The notes beneath the pieces were generated by a model. The model was given only the letters and a program-made list of their open reading frames with translations, was not told where the DNA came from and ran no database searches. From assembly GCA_040773245.1 (NCBI GenBank), contig JAXGWO010000014.1, positions 707-64,706 on the forward strand: a DNA stretch of 64,000 bases, read 5' to 3'. The position numbers and the translations under genes are program-made. The stretch is from PVC group bacterium. GTDB lineage: Bacteria > Auribacterota > Erginobacteria > Erginobacterales > Erginobacteraceae. Positions 1 to 10,500 of the stretch are shown here, piece after piece (position 1 is the first letter of the stretch; each line of letters begins with the position of its first letter).

Positions 1-2
1 AC

Positions 3-1118
3 GACCCGGAAGTGGTTGGTCCCCGGCCGTTGGCCGAAACCGCTCCCTGGCACCACCACCACCCCGGTCTCCCGGATCAGCCCCCGGACAAAATCACCGT
101 CGCTGCCGGGGATCTCCAGCCGGGGAAAGGCATAGAAGGCCCCCCGGGGCGCCACGCAGCTGATCCCCTCGATGGAGTTGAGCATCTCGACCGTGATGTC
201 CCGCCGACGGGTCAGCTTCTCCCGGGCGTCGATCAGGTGGGACCGCTCCCCTTCCAGGGCGGGCTTGATCGCCCACTGGACCGGATGGCTGGCGGAGAGC
301 CGGGCCCGCAGCAGCTTGTTGACCGCCTCCAGGTAATCCTTCAGCTGGTCCGGCGCCCCGCTGACCAACCCCCACCCGATCCGGAATCCGGGAGCGAGGT
401 AGTTCTTGGAGAGGCCGTTGAGGGTGATCACCGCCGCCTCGGAGTCGAGCGAGGCGGTGGGGATATGCTCCCCCCCCTCCAGGATCAGGCTGTCGTAGAT
501 CTCGTCGGAGAAGATGACCAGGTTGTGTTCTCTGGCCAGGGCGATGATCCCCCGCAGGACCTCCCCGGAGTAGACCGCCCCGGTGGGGTTGTTGGGATTG
601 ATGACCACGATCGCCCGGGTCTTCCGGTCGATCCGGGAGGCGATATCCTCGAGGTCGGGCTGCCAGCCGTCCCCCTCGTCCAGGTAGTAGAACCGCGGCT
701 CGGCCTCCAGCTTGTTGATGATCGCGCTGTAGAGCGGGTAGCCGGGCGCGGGGACGAGGACGTTCTCGCCCCGGTTGACCAGGGCGGTCAGGCAGATATC
801 GATCGCCTCCGAGGCCCCGGTAGTGATGAAGACGTCCCGGATCGAGGAGATACCCTTCCGGCGCCCGTCCCGGCGGATCGCTTCCCGGGCCTCCTCGATC
901 CCCGAGGAGGGGGCGTAGCCGTTGCGGTTGGCCAGCATCGCCCGGTGAACGGAGTCGATGATCTCCGGCGCGGTCTGGAAATCGAAGAGGTTGGGGTCGC
1001 CGATGTTGAGGTAGAGAACCTCCTTACCCCGCCGGGCCGCTTCTTCGGCCAGGAGGACGACGTCGCGGACCGCGTAGGTGATCTTCCCGGTCCGCCGGGA
1101 TGGCTTTATCTTCGTCAT
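3..1118 (-). CDS. PLP-dependent aminotransferase class I/II (AlaA-like); 3' end runs off window start
   Basis: Not in the ORF track. Manual translation from ATG at 1118: MTKIKPSRRTGKITYAVRDV...LNIGDPN...INPNNPTGAVY...SDEIYD...GLSKNYLAPGFRIGW (fold-type I motifs, PLP lysine in SKN). Confidence 0.9.
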   Translation of the reverse strand, partial: MTKIKPSRRTGKITYAVRDVVLLAEEAARRGKEVLYLNIGDPNLFDFQTAPEIIDSVHRAMLANRNGYAPSSGIEEAREAIRRDGRRKGISSIRDVFITTGASEAIDICLTALVNRGENVLVPAPGYPLYSAIINKLEAEPRFYYLDEGDGWQPDLEDIASRIDRKTRAIVVINPNNPTGAVYSGEVLRGIIALAREHNLVIFSDEIYDSLILEGGEHIPTASLDSEAAVITLNGLSKNYLAPGFRIGWGLVSGAPDQLKDYLEAVNKLLRARLSASHPVQWAIKPALEGERSHLIDAREKLTRRRDITVEMLNSIEGISCVAPRGAFYAFPRLEIPGSDGDFVRGLIRETGVVVVPGSGFGQRPGTNHFRV

Positions 1119-1181
1119 CTCGATCCCTGTTTGATCTTCATCCGCTGACCCGCGATCCTCGGCCCTGAACGGGCGGGTGAT

Positions 1182-1210
1182 AATATATCTGCGCAACCGG
1201 CGGCAGGCAA
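1182..1210 (-). promoter_or_regulatory. Putative sigma70 promoter for the aminotransferase
   Basis: Minus strand TTGCCT-N17-TATATT, about 65 nt upstream of the ATG. Confidence 0.5.
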
Positions 1211-1236
1211 GCGCTTTCCCTCCCCGGGGGAAGGCG

Positions 1237-1797
1237 TCAGCTTTCTTCTCCCCCCAGGCGGCGGTAGAGGTCGATCAGGACCTCGGCGTCGAGGGCGGCG
1301 TAGTTGAGCTGGCCGGGGGTGAGGGGACGGCGGGTCCAGTCACAGGTCTGGTAGCTCTTGTCGAGTTCGAACCCCAGCTCCCGCCGGCAGACCGCGCGCA
1401 GGCTATGCCCGCCGGGGATGCGGTAACCTCTCAACCTCCGGGAGGCAGCCAGGGTGTCGAAGATCGAAGTGATCTGGCAGCCGTATCTCCCCAGAACCCC
1501 CCGCTCGAAGGGGGCGTTGTGGATGATCACCCGCACCGCCGGGTCCTCCAGGACCAGGAAGAACGGGGCGAGGTCCCCGATCTCGAAGACGTCGATCACC
1601 GCGTTGAAATCCCCCGTCGCCACCTGGGCCAGGCAGAGGGTCCCCCAGTCGAGCGTGGTCTCGACGTCGAGGGCGATCGCCTCCTCCCGGAGCAGTTCCC
1701 GGCTGAGTCCCTCCAATCCCTCCTGGCTGGAGACGAGCCGGACCGGGCGGCGGAAGGTGAAACCGGGTTCCCCCGGATGGATGATCACATCCTGCAT
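1237..1797 (-). CDS. Stand-alone 3'-5' exonuclease, DEDDy/RNase D-like domain
   Basis: C-terminal part of track ORF 1237..2382: ALDVET (ExoI), IIHNAPFE (ExoII), DWTRRPLTPGQLNYAALDAE (ExoIII). ATG overlaps the queC stop (ATGA). Confidence 0.85.
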   Translation of the reverse strand: MQDVIIHPGEPGFTFRRPVRLVSSQEGLEGLSRELLREEAIALDVETTLDWGTLCLAQVATGDFNAVIDVFEIGDLAPFFLVLEDPAVRVIIHNAPFERGVLGRYGCQITSIFDTLAASRRLRGYRIPGGHSLRAVCRRELGFELDKSYQTCDWTRRPLTPGQLNYAALDAEVLIDLYRRLGGEES

Positions 1798-2480
1798 CAC
1801 CGATTCTCCTCCAGGATCGGGTCGGGGACCCCGGCCTCCTGGAAGCCGCGCGCCCGGAGCCGGCAGCTGGCGCAAACCCCGCAGGGCCGCGGCCCGGGAC
1901 TGACGTAGCACGACCAGGTGAGGTGGAGAGGCGCGTTGATTTCCAGCCCCCGCCGGACCGCCTCCCCCTTGGAGAGGTGGATCAGCGGGGCCTCGACCCG
2001 GATCCCCGAGCCGGGACCGGTCCCCAGCTCGACCGCCCGGTTGAAGGCCGCGATGAACTCCTCGCGGCAGTCGGGGTAGCCGGAGGAGTCCTCCTCCATC
2101 ACCCCGATGAAGACCCGCTTCGCCTCGACCGCCTCCGCCCAGGAGACGGCCAGGGCCAGGAGGTTGGCGTTGCGGAAAGGAACGTAGGTCGAGGGGACCT
2201 CGCCGGGACCGGGCTCTTCGGCGGGGATCTTCTTCTCCGGGTCGGTCAGGCTGGAACCGCCGATCTGCCGGAAGTGGTCGAGACCGACCGCCAGGCGAAG
2301 TTTCTCCGGGACGGCGAAGTAATCGGCCAGTTCGTTGAAGGCCCGCAGCTCCCTCCCCTCGGTCCGCTGGCCGTAGTTGCAATGGAGGAGGGCCAGGCGG
2401 TACTTTTGCCCGGCGAGCGCCGCCGCGACGCAGCTGTCGAGTCCTCCGCTGACCAGGCAGACCGCGAGGCCGGAGGTCAT
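1797..2480 (-). CDS. queC: 7-cyano-7-deazaguanine synthase
   Basis: SGGLDS PP-loop, YVPFRN, GYPDCR, TWSCY and CGVCASC motifs. Confidence 0.95.
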   Translation of the reverse strand: MTSGLAVCLVSGGLDSCVAAALAGQKYRLALLHCNYGQRTEGRELRAFNELADYFAVPEKLRLAVGLDHFRQIGGSSLTDPEKKIPAEEPGPGEVPSTYVPFRNANLLALAVSWAEAVEAKRVFIGVMEEDSSGYPDCREEFIAAFNRAVELGTGPGSGIRVEAPLIHLSKGEAVRRGLEINAPLHLTWSCYVSPGPRPCGVCASCRLRARGFQEAGVPDPILEENR

Positions 2481-2833
2481 CTCTTCCTTCTCCGGGCGGG
2501 CTTCACGTACTCGGCGGCCACGGTCGAGGTGATCCCGCCCCGGGGGGTGAAATCGCCGGTCACCTTCATCCGGCGGGGTCGGGCGGCCCGGACCAGGTCG
2601 TCGAGGACCTCATTGACCAGGCTCTCGTAGAAGACCCCCCGGTCGCGGAAGCCGAAGAAGTAGAGCTTGAGCGACTTCAGTTCCAGGCAGAGCTTGTCGG
2701 GGACATACTCGACCGTGATCGTCCCGAAGTCCGGGTTGCCGGTGATCGGGCAGAGCGAGGTGTACTCCGGGTTGCGGATGGTGATCAGGTAATCCCGTTT
2801 GGGGTACTTGTTGGGGAAAGTTTCGATGGTCAT
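2477..2833 (-). CDS. queF: preQ0 reductase (type I QueF)
   Basis: SLCPITGNPDF with the catalytic Cys, ELKSLKLY QueF motif, PRGGI. Start taken at MTIETF (ATG 2833). Confidence 0.93.
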   Translation of the reverse strand: MTIETFPNKYPKRDYLITIRNPEYTSLCPITGNPDFGTITVEYVPDKLCLELKSLKLYFFGFRDRGVFYESLVNEVLDDLVRAARPRRMKVTGDFTPRGGITSTVAAEYVKPARRRKR

Positions 2834-2932
2834 AAGATTTCCTCTCGCTCCTTTTTGGCCCTTATTGCATAAAACCGGCAAGCTTGATCCGGCCCCTTAT
2901 TTTACAAAAGTGGTATGACTTGATCTGTAAAA

Positions 2933-3568
2933 TTAGACCCCGCGATCCCGCCCGGGCCAGATGACCTTCTGGAGCTGGAGCTGGAGCCGGACCTCGAGAC
3001 CGTCCCCGAGGATCCATCCGGCCAGTTCGGCCGGGTCGAGCTGACCGGCCGCCGGCGAGAAGAGCACCGCCGGGCTGGCGGGGATCCGCTCCCCGGCCAC
3101 CGCCTTCGCCCAGAGGTAATCCTCCCGGCCGCCGATTACGAACTTCACCTCGTCGCGCGGGGTGAGATGAGCCAGGTTCTCCCAGCGCATCTTCCCCGTC
3201 TCCCCGCTCGAGGGGCACTTCAGGTCCATTATCCTCGCCGCCCGGGGGTCGAGGACGGAGATGTCCAGCGAGCCGTTGGTCTCGATCAGGACTTCCAGCT
3301 TCCTATCGAGCAGGGCGGAGACCAGGGCCGGGGTCTCCTCCTGGAGGAGCGGCTCACCACCCGTGACCTCGACCAGCCGGCAACGGTAAGCCTCCACCCG
3401 TTCGAGCACCGCTTCCCGGGATAACAATTCCCCTCCTTCCCGGGCGTAGAGGGTATCGCAATAGGAGCAGTTCAGGTTGCAGCCGGCCAGCCGGACGAAG
3501 ACGCAGGGCAGCCCCGCGCCAGTGGACTCCCCCTGGATGCTGTGAAAGATCTCGCTGACCTTCAGCAT
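2933..3568 (-). CDS. queE: 7-carboxy-7-deazaguanine synthase (radical SAM)
   Basis: SEIFHSIQGE...FVRLAGCNLNCSYCDT, TGGEPLLQ, ETNG, MDLKCPSS, LQLQK motifs. Confidence 0.95.
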   Translation of the reverse strand: MLKVSEIFHSIQGESTGAGLPCVFVRLAGCNLNCSYCDTLYAREGGELLSREAVLERVEAYRCRLVEVTGGEPLLQEETPALVSALLDRKLEVLIETNGSLDISVLDPRAARIMDLKCPSSGETGKMRWENLAHLTPRDEVKFVIGGREDYLWAKAVAGERIPASPAVLFSPAAGQLDPAELAGWILGDGLEVRLQLQLQKVIWPGRDRGV

Positions 3569-3572
3569 CCCC

Positions 3573-3941
3573 TCACTCCGAATAGGCCGCGCCACTGTCC
3601 GAAGTCTCCCGGACCTCGACCCGGCAGACCCGGACCCGCCCGTCGTCGAGCCGGCGGCCCAGTTCCCGGAATAAGTACCGGGCCAGGTTCTCAGCGGTGG
3701 GGTTTGTTCCCCGGAATGCCTCCAACCGGTTGAGGTCCCGGTGGTCGAGTCCGGCGCAGATCTCCTCCAGGTGCGATTTCAATTCCCGGAAGTCGATCCC
3801 GAAACCCCGCTCGTCGAGCTCATCGCAGGAGACCGAGACCTTGATCTTCCAGTTGTGCCCGTGAACCCGGGAACAGGGACCCGGGTACCCGTCCAGGCAG
3901 TGGGCGGAGGAGATACCGGCTTCGATGAATGCTTCGTACAC
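3573..3941 (-). CDS. queD: 6-carboxy-5,6,7,8-tetrahydropterin synthase
   Basis: AH...CSRVHGHNWK, DFRELK, LDHRDLN, NPTAENLA motifs; GTG start; directly upstream of queE. Confidence 0.92.
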   Translation of the reverse strand: MYEAFIEAGISSAHCLDGYPGPCSRVHGHNWKIKVSVSCDELDERGFGIDFRELKSHLEEICAGLDHRDLNRLEAFRGTNPTAENLARYLFRELGRRLDDGRVRVCRVEVRETSDSGAAYSE

Positions 3942-4082
3942 TGAAAAATTATTCTGCGAAATATTTTAGTGTTTGAGTTCTGTTCTCGAAATCAACGGTC
4001 TTGATTATACATCAGGAATCTCCGAAACCGGGTGAACCAAACTTGTGGAGCATTGCGGAACGATAGTTATCCGATCGGACCT

Positions 4083-4889
4083 TCAGTTCAAGGCCGGGAA
4101 GAAGAGCGGGCGTCCGGTCTCCGGGTGGGTGACCGTCTCCAGCCGGGCCCGGTAGAGCTCGGAGAGGTTCTCCCGGGTGATCAACTCACCCGCCGGTCCG
4201 TCCTTCCAGACCTCCCCTCCCCGGAGGAAGACCAGCCGGTCGCAGCAGGCCGAGGCCAGGTTGAGGTCGTGGAGGACCGCCAGGATCGTCATCCCCCCTT
4301 CCCGGTGAAGCCTCTGCAGGAGCCGGAAGATTTCCTGCTGGTAGCCGAGGTCGAGGTGGAGGGTCGGCTCGTCGAGGATCAGCAGCTCCGGCTCCGCGGC
4401 CAGGGCGACCGCGATCAGGACCCGCTGCTGCTCTCCCCCGCTCAAGGCGAGGAAGTTCCTCTCCCGGAAGGAGGAAGTGGACGTGGCCTCCAGCGCCCGG
4501 TCCGCCGCTTCCCGGTCCGCCGGGGAGGGCCGCCACTGGAGCGGCCGGAAGTAGGGGAGCCGCCCGAGGAGGACCAGGTCCCCCACCGGAAGGTCGATCT
4601 CCCCGCCCCGGTTCTGGGGGACGACCGCGCGGAGGCGGGCCAGTTCCCCGGGAACCCACCGGGCGAACGGCTTCCCCCGGTAGAGAAGCTCTCCCCGCCG
4701 GGGGGGGAGGAAACCCGTCAGCACCCGGACCAGGGTGGTCTTCCCCGAACCGTTGGGCCCGGCCAGACCGAGAAACTCTCCCCGGCGGACGGAGAAGTCG
4801 ATCCCCTGGAGGACTTCTTCCTTCCCGTAACCGGCGGAGATCTTCCGGACGGTGAGGAGTTCCGTCGAATTTTTAACTGCGTCTTTCAT
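4083..4889 (-). CDS. ABC transporter ATP-binding protein, cobalamin/iron-siderophore family (BtuD/FepC-like)
   Basis: Walker A GPNGSGKT, signature LSGGEQQR, Walker B LILDEPT, AVLHDLNLA. Confidence 0.92.
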   Translation of the reverse strand: MKDAVKNSTELLTVRKISAGYGKEEVLQGIDFSVRRGEFLGLAGPNGSGKTTLVRVLTGFLPPRRGELLYRGKPFARWVPGELARLRAVVPQNRGGEIDLPVGDLVLLGRLPYFRPLQWRPSPADREAADRALEATSTSSFRERNFLALSGGEQQRVLIAVALAAEPELLILDEPTLHLDLGYQQEIFRLLQRLHREGGMTILAVLHDLNLASACCDRLVFLRGGEVWKDGPAGELITRENLSELYRARLETVTHPETGRPLFFPALN

Positions 4890-4895
4890 CGTTTT

Positions 4896-6019
<1,124 letters not shown>

Positions 6020-6023
<4 letters not shown>

Positions 6024-6928
6024 TCCCCTTCCCTCCCGGCGAGAAAACCCGCGATCCGCTCCAGCCCCTCAGCCAGCCGGGGCCCGAGCCGGCAGACCGT
6101 GTCGGGGTCGAGGAGATAAACCCGGCCCTTCTTCACCGCCCGCAGTTCGGGGAACCGCTCCCAGAAGGCCGACGACGCCGCGGCCTCGCTCCCCATCGCG
6201 GCGACGATGATCACCTCGGGGTCGTCGATCAGGACCTGCTCCCGGCTGAAGACCGGGTAGCGGGCGGAGACGGCGGCGGCGATATTCTTCCCGCCGGCGA
6301 TCTCGACCATCTCCCCGATCAGCGTCCCCCGGGAGGCGGTGATCAGGGGTTGGAGCCCGATCTGGACGAAGACGGATACCGGCGCCGGCGAGAGGCGACC
6401 GGACCGGACCCGCCCGATGGCCGCCTCCATCTCCCCGATCCTCCCGGCGGCGGCCTCCTCCCGGCCGAGGAGAACCCCCAGCTCCCGGAGAAAGGCGAAG
6501 TAAGCCTTGAAGTCCCGCGCCTCGTCGAAGACATAGACCGCCATCCCCAGTCCCCGCAGCCGCGCGACCGTCTCCGGGCTGTTCCCCTCCCGGGTGGCCA
6601 GGACCAGGTCGGGCCGCAGCGCCGCGATCCGCTCCAGCCCCGGGTTCTGCAGCCCCCCCAGCCGCTCCGCCGACCCGGCGGGCGGGAGCGGGCAGAAATC
6701 GCTCACCCCGACCAGCCGTTGGCCCGCCCCCAGGGCGATCACGTTCTCGGTCAGGTCGGGGTTGAGGGAAACGATCCGTTCCGGGGAGCGGTCAAGCCGG
6801 GACTCGACCCCGGCGGCGTCAACTGCCAGAGCCTTACCCGCGACGGTCGAACCTTCCGGGACCCCGGAAGGCGGGCCGGCCGCGGATACAATCAACCAGA
6901 CGGCGGCGAACAGGAGGTTGCCGGACAC
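6020..6928 (-). CDS. ABC transporter substrate-binding protein, BtuF-like
   Basis: PERIVSLNPDLTE, ERIAALRPDLV, GGKNI, YPVFSREQV, DTVCRLGPRL. GTG start at 6928 after GGGAG gives a signal peptide; the track ORF's extension over the tRNA is spurious. Confidence 0.88.
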
Positions 6929-6999
6929 GGATAACTCCCCCGTTGGAGATGGAGGCTGCGACAGCGTGAATCCATCGGCTCCCCCGACGGGGAAACCGA

Positions 7000-7085
7000 T
7001 GCCGGAGGCGGGATTTGAACCCACACGGCACTTAAGTGCCAAGGGATTTTAAGTCCCTTGTGTCTGCCAGTTCCACCACTCCGGC
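7000..7085 (-). tRNA. tRNA-Leu (anticodon TAA), CCA not encoded
   Basis: Minus strand GCCGGAGTGGTGGAACTGGCAGACAC-AAGGGA-CTTAAAA-TCCCTT-GGCACTTAAGTGCC(long variable arm)-GTGTGGGTTCAAATCCCGC-CTCCGGCA. Confidence 0.97.
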
Positions 7086-7144
7086 GGGGCGAGAGCGCAC
7101 GCGGAAGCTTAACCCTAAATGCGTCTCCAGACTTGACGGGTCAG

Positions 7145-7174
7145 ATTATAGAGGTCCGCCCCGGAATATGGCAA
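7145..7174 (-). promoter_or_regulatory. Putative sigma70 promoter for tRNA-Leu
   Basis: Minus strand TTGCCA-N18-TATAAT, about 60 nt upstream of the tRNA. Confidence 0.6.
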
Positions 7175-7256
7175 CCCCCGAATCAGGATCCCCGGATACA
7201 ATTTGCCTTCTCCCGGGAATGGAGCGATACTGCGATAATGGATATTCCGAATATCG

Positions 7257-7454
7257 GGCTTCGGACGGGGCAGCCGAATCCACAGCGCCAGGATCCTGCG
7301 GCTGGCGGATAACCTGCCGATCGTGATCGAGATCGTGGACAGCCCCGAACAGATCGAGGCCTTTCTCCCCGTCCTGGACGGGTTGCTCCAGGAAGGTATG
7401 GTCACCCTGGAAAAGGTTCGGGTGCTCGCTTACCGGATCGCGGGCGGGGACTGA
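7257..7454 (+). pseudogene. 5'-truncated DUF190 (PII-like) gene
   Basis: Manual translation GFGRGSRIHSARILRLADNLPIVIEIVDSPEQIEAFLPVLDGLLQEGMVTLEKVRVLAYR matches the C-terminal half of DUF190 as I recall it. In-frame TAA at 7236-7238 and no start codon before the conserved part. Confidence 0.75.
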
Positions 7455-7455
7455 A

Positions 7456-7497
7456 GCCGCCGTCCGGGGGCGGGCGGCCCCGGGAGCCGCCTTTCCT
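7456..7497. terminator. GC-rich hairpin between convergent genes
   Basis: ccggggg c gggcg gccccgg stem-loop; short T tract only. Confidence 0.35.
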
Positions 7498-7517
7498 GAT
7501 TGCCGAATGGATTCTGG

Positions 7518-10500
7518 TTATCTGGTTACCGGAATATCGGCGGTGCCCCCGAAGTACGTACGGGTGACACCCTTGATCGCCCAGAGACCGGAAGTCCCCC
7601 GGAAAATTCCGAACAGATCACTCGCTGAACCTCTGTAATCAGCCGGCACCGGGGAATCCCCGCTTTTCCCGAAATAAACCCTGGTTATTGCTCGGATAGC
7701 CCAGAGACCCGATGCGGGACGGAAGATACCCGCCGTCCGATAAAACCACCCCGTGTAATCTCCGGGGACCAGGCGATCACCCGCAGCACCGAAATAGAAT
7801 CGGCTGACTGCCCGGATGGCCCAGAGGCCGGATTCCGCGCGGAAGATTGCCGGATCCTGGCGGCCGGCGCCTTGATAATCTCCCGGAATGGGCTGGTCAT
7901 AACGCCCCCCGAAATACATTCTGGCCCCTCCCCGGATAGCCCAGAGGCCGGAGGAGGGCCGGAATATTCCGACGGCTGCAGTGCCCGTTCCCTCATAATC
8001 TCCGGGAACCGGAATATCATCGAAGCCTCCAAAATATATCCTGGTCAGCCCGGATATAGCCCACAGACCGGCGGAGGGCCGGAAGACCGCGATGTTCACG
8101 ATCCCGTCGCCGCTGTAGTCAGCCGGGGTCAGAACATCCTGTGACGTGCCGAAATATGTCCTGCTCATTCCCCGGATCGCCCATAATCCGCTGGAGGGCC
8201 GGAAGATGGCGATATCGGGAGTCCCGTCGCCGTTATAATCACCGGAGACGATTCCCGGGCAGGAAATGCTGTCGGCCTTAAGTTCGATATCCCCCATCGC
8301 CACCCCGCTCTCCCCGGCCCAGTCGGCATAGGGAGCCTCGGCATAGCCGGGGAGGTAGCCCGGGCGGCGGGCCTGGGCCCGGACGGTCCCGTCCCCAAAA
8401 TGAGTGCAGACCTCCACCTCATAATCTCCGTAATCGCCGGCCGCGGCAACCGCGGAAACCCGGTCCGGGCAGGCCGCCCGCACCGCGGCTCCCGAAATAA
8501 CCGCCCCGGTGTCGATATCAACCACCCGGCCGGACACCCGGAAGCACTTGATGATCGTGGGCGTGGGGGTGATGACCGGCGTCAGACCGGGAGAAGGAGT
8601 TGGAGAGGCAGTGGGTGCTGATGTCGGCGGCGGGGCGGTCGGGCGGGGCGAGGGCGTACCGGTGACGGTCGGGGTCGGCGTCGGCGGCGGCACCGTCGGC
8701 GGCGGCGAAGGCGTGACGGTCACGGTCGGGGAAGGCGTCGGGGTGACCGCCCAGACCTCGATCTCGTCGAGGGCATAACCGTCACTCGGGATGGGGTAAT
8801 TGTCGTAGAACTGGAACTTGATCTGGAAATGGTCGTTGAAGTCGAACCCGTAGACGCCCCTCATCTCGCTGAGAATGACCGAAGCCGAAGTGTAATACCC
8901 GGGTCCGCCTTTGAAGGAGAAGACTCGGTCCCAGTTCTCCCCGTAATCGTCGCTGACGAAGACCCCGTCCTCCTCGTCCTCCTCGTCGATGAACTCCCGC
9001 CAGCGGAACTCCAGCGAGACCAGGGAACTGTAGCAGCCGCTTAAATCGGCCGTCAGGATCAGGGCCGCCGGGGAATACTGGCCGCCGTTGCTGCTGTCGT
9101 CGAGCAGGACGGAATAAGCGCCGGCATCGGGGTAGGCCGTGCTGACCCGCACCCGGCCCTCGGCATCGGTAAAAACCGACCAGCACTGGCTCAACCCCCC
9201 GGTCTCGAAGCCGTCGTAGAAAGGCAGGGCCGCCGCGGGCGGGGTGGCGGTGGGCGGAGGTGTGGTGGTGACGGTCGGGGTCGGGGTGGCCGACGGGGTC
9301 GGGGTCGGTGACTTGAAGCCTTCCGGGGTGGGGGTGGCGGAAGGGGTGGGGGTGACCGTCGGGGTAGTGGTAACGGTCGGGGTCAGGGTGGACGTGGGCA
9401 GGGGGGTCTTGAACCCGACCGGGGTCGGGGTGACGGCCCAGATCCTGACCTCGTCAATGGCATAACCGTCGGTGGGGATCCGGAAATTGTCATAGAACTG
9501 GAACTTCACCTGGACGTGCTCGTTGAAGTCGAAACCGTAGACGCCCCGCATTTCCGAGAGGGATATGGACTCGTAGGTGTAACTCTGGGGACCGTAGTTG
9601 AAAGAGAGGATCCGGTCCCAGCTCGCGCCGTAATCGTCGCTGACGAAGACCCCGTCGGCGGCGTCATTATCGTCGTCAAACTCTCGCCACCAGAAACCCA
9701 GGGCGACCTCGGAACCGTAGTAACCGCTTAAGTCCGCCGTCAGGATCAGGGCCGCGGTTGAATCGTCGCCCCCGGAGATACCGGTATCGAGCAGAGCGGA
9801 GTAAGTCCCCTCGTAGGGATAATCCGCCTCGATCCGCACCCGTCCCTCGAGATCGGTATAGACCGACCAGTACTGGCCCAGCGTCCCTGATTCAAACCCG
9901 TCGGCAAACGGCAAGCCCGCCGACGGCGGCGTGGCGGTGGGCGGCGGGGTGGGGTTGTGGGTGCCGGTGGGGGTCGCTGACGGCGGCGGGGTCGGGGTCT
10001 TGTAGCCTTCGGGCGTTGGCGACACCGAAGGAGTGGGGGTGACCGATGGGGTGGGCGGAAGGGTCGGCGGGGGGGTGGAAGTCGGGGTGGAGGTCGGGGT
10101 CGGCGGCGGGGTGTGATAGCCTTCGGGTGTCGGGGTGGGGGTATAGCAGGCGCAGGGAAAATCCACGGGGAAGGGGCTCCCGTTGAGGTAATAGTTCTCC
10201 GAGCAGCCGTCGTAGGTTAGCACCATATCCCCCAGGGTAGGGCAGTCCCACTCCGGGGCCCGGCCGTCCTCGACCACGTCGTAGGTCGTCCGGTAGACCT
10301 GGGTGGCCCCGGACCAGGTGACGCCGGTGGCCCCGCTCCCGTCGGAATAGGAGCTTCTGCCCTTCAGGCGGTCGACCGCCGTCCAGCGCGGGTGGCCGTA
10401 GTTGGTCCCCCCGTTGATGACGGCGAGTTCGGCCTTGAGCCGGTTGACGTAGGTGGCGCTGGAGGAGCCGTCGCTGCCGTGGTGGTTGACGTGGATGACA

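Noticed and set aside
12-1148. Long track ORFs antisense to or overlapping real genes (e.g. 12..1148, 31037..32644, 38241..39956, 48412..49662, 55566..57134 N-terminal part)
   Set aside because: Shadow ORFs expected at high GC: no motifs, Gly/Pro/Arg-rich, and they overlap well-supported genes.
1797-3941. que genes as a 7-deazaguanine DNA-modification (dpd) island
   Set aside because: No dpdA/tgt paralogue or other dpd gene is nearby, composition is host-like, and the set is the ordinary preQ1 pathway.
3942-4010. preQ1 riboswitch in the queD or queF leader
   Set aside because: No recognisable P1 stem, conserved loop and A-rich tail; only a TATAAT box at 4004-4009 (minus strand). An Infernal scan would settle it.
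6929-7000. Cobalamin riboswitch upstream of the BtuF-like gene
   Set aside because: Only about 70 nt separate the gene from the tRNA, holding one hairpin and no B12-box.
8580-10145. Pro/Thr codon repeats as independent DNA repeats
   Set aside because: Fully explained as low-complexity linkers inside exoprotein coding sequence.
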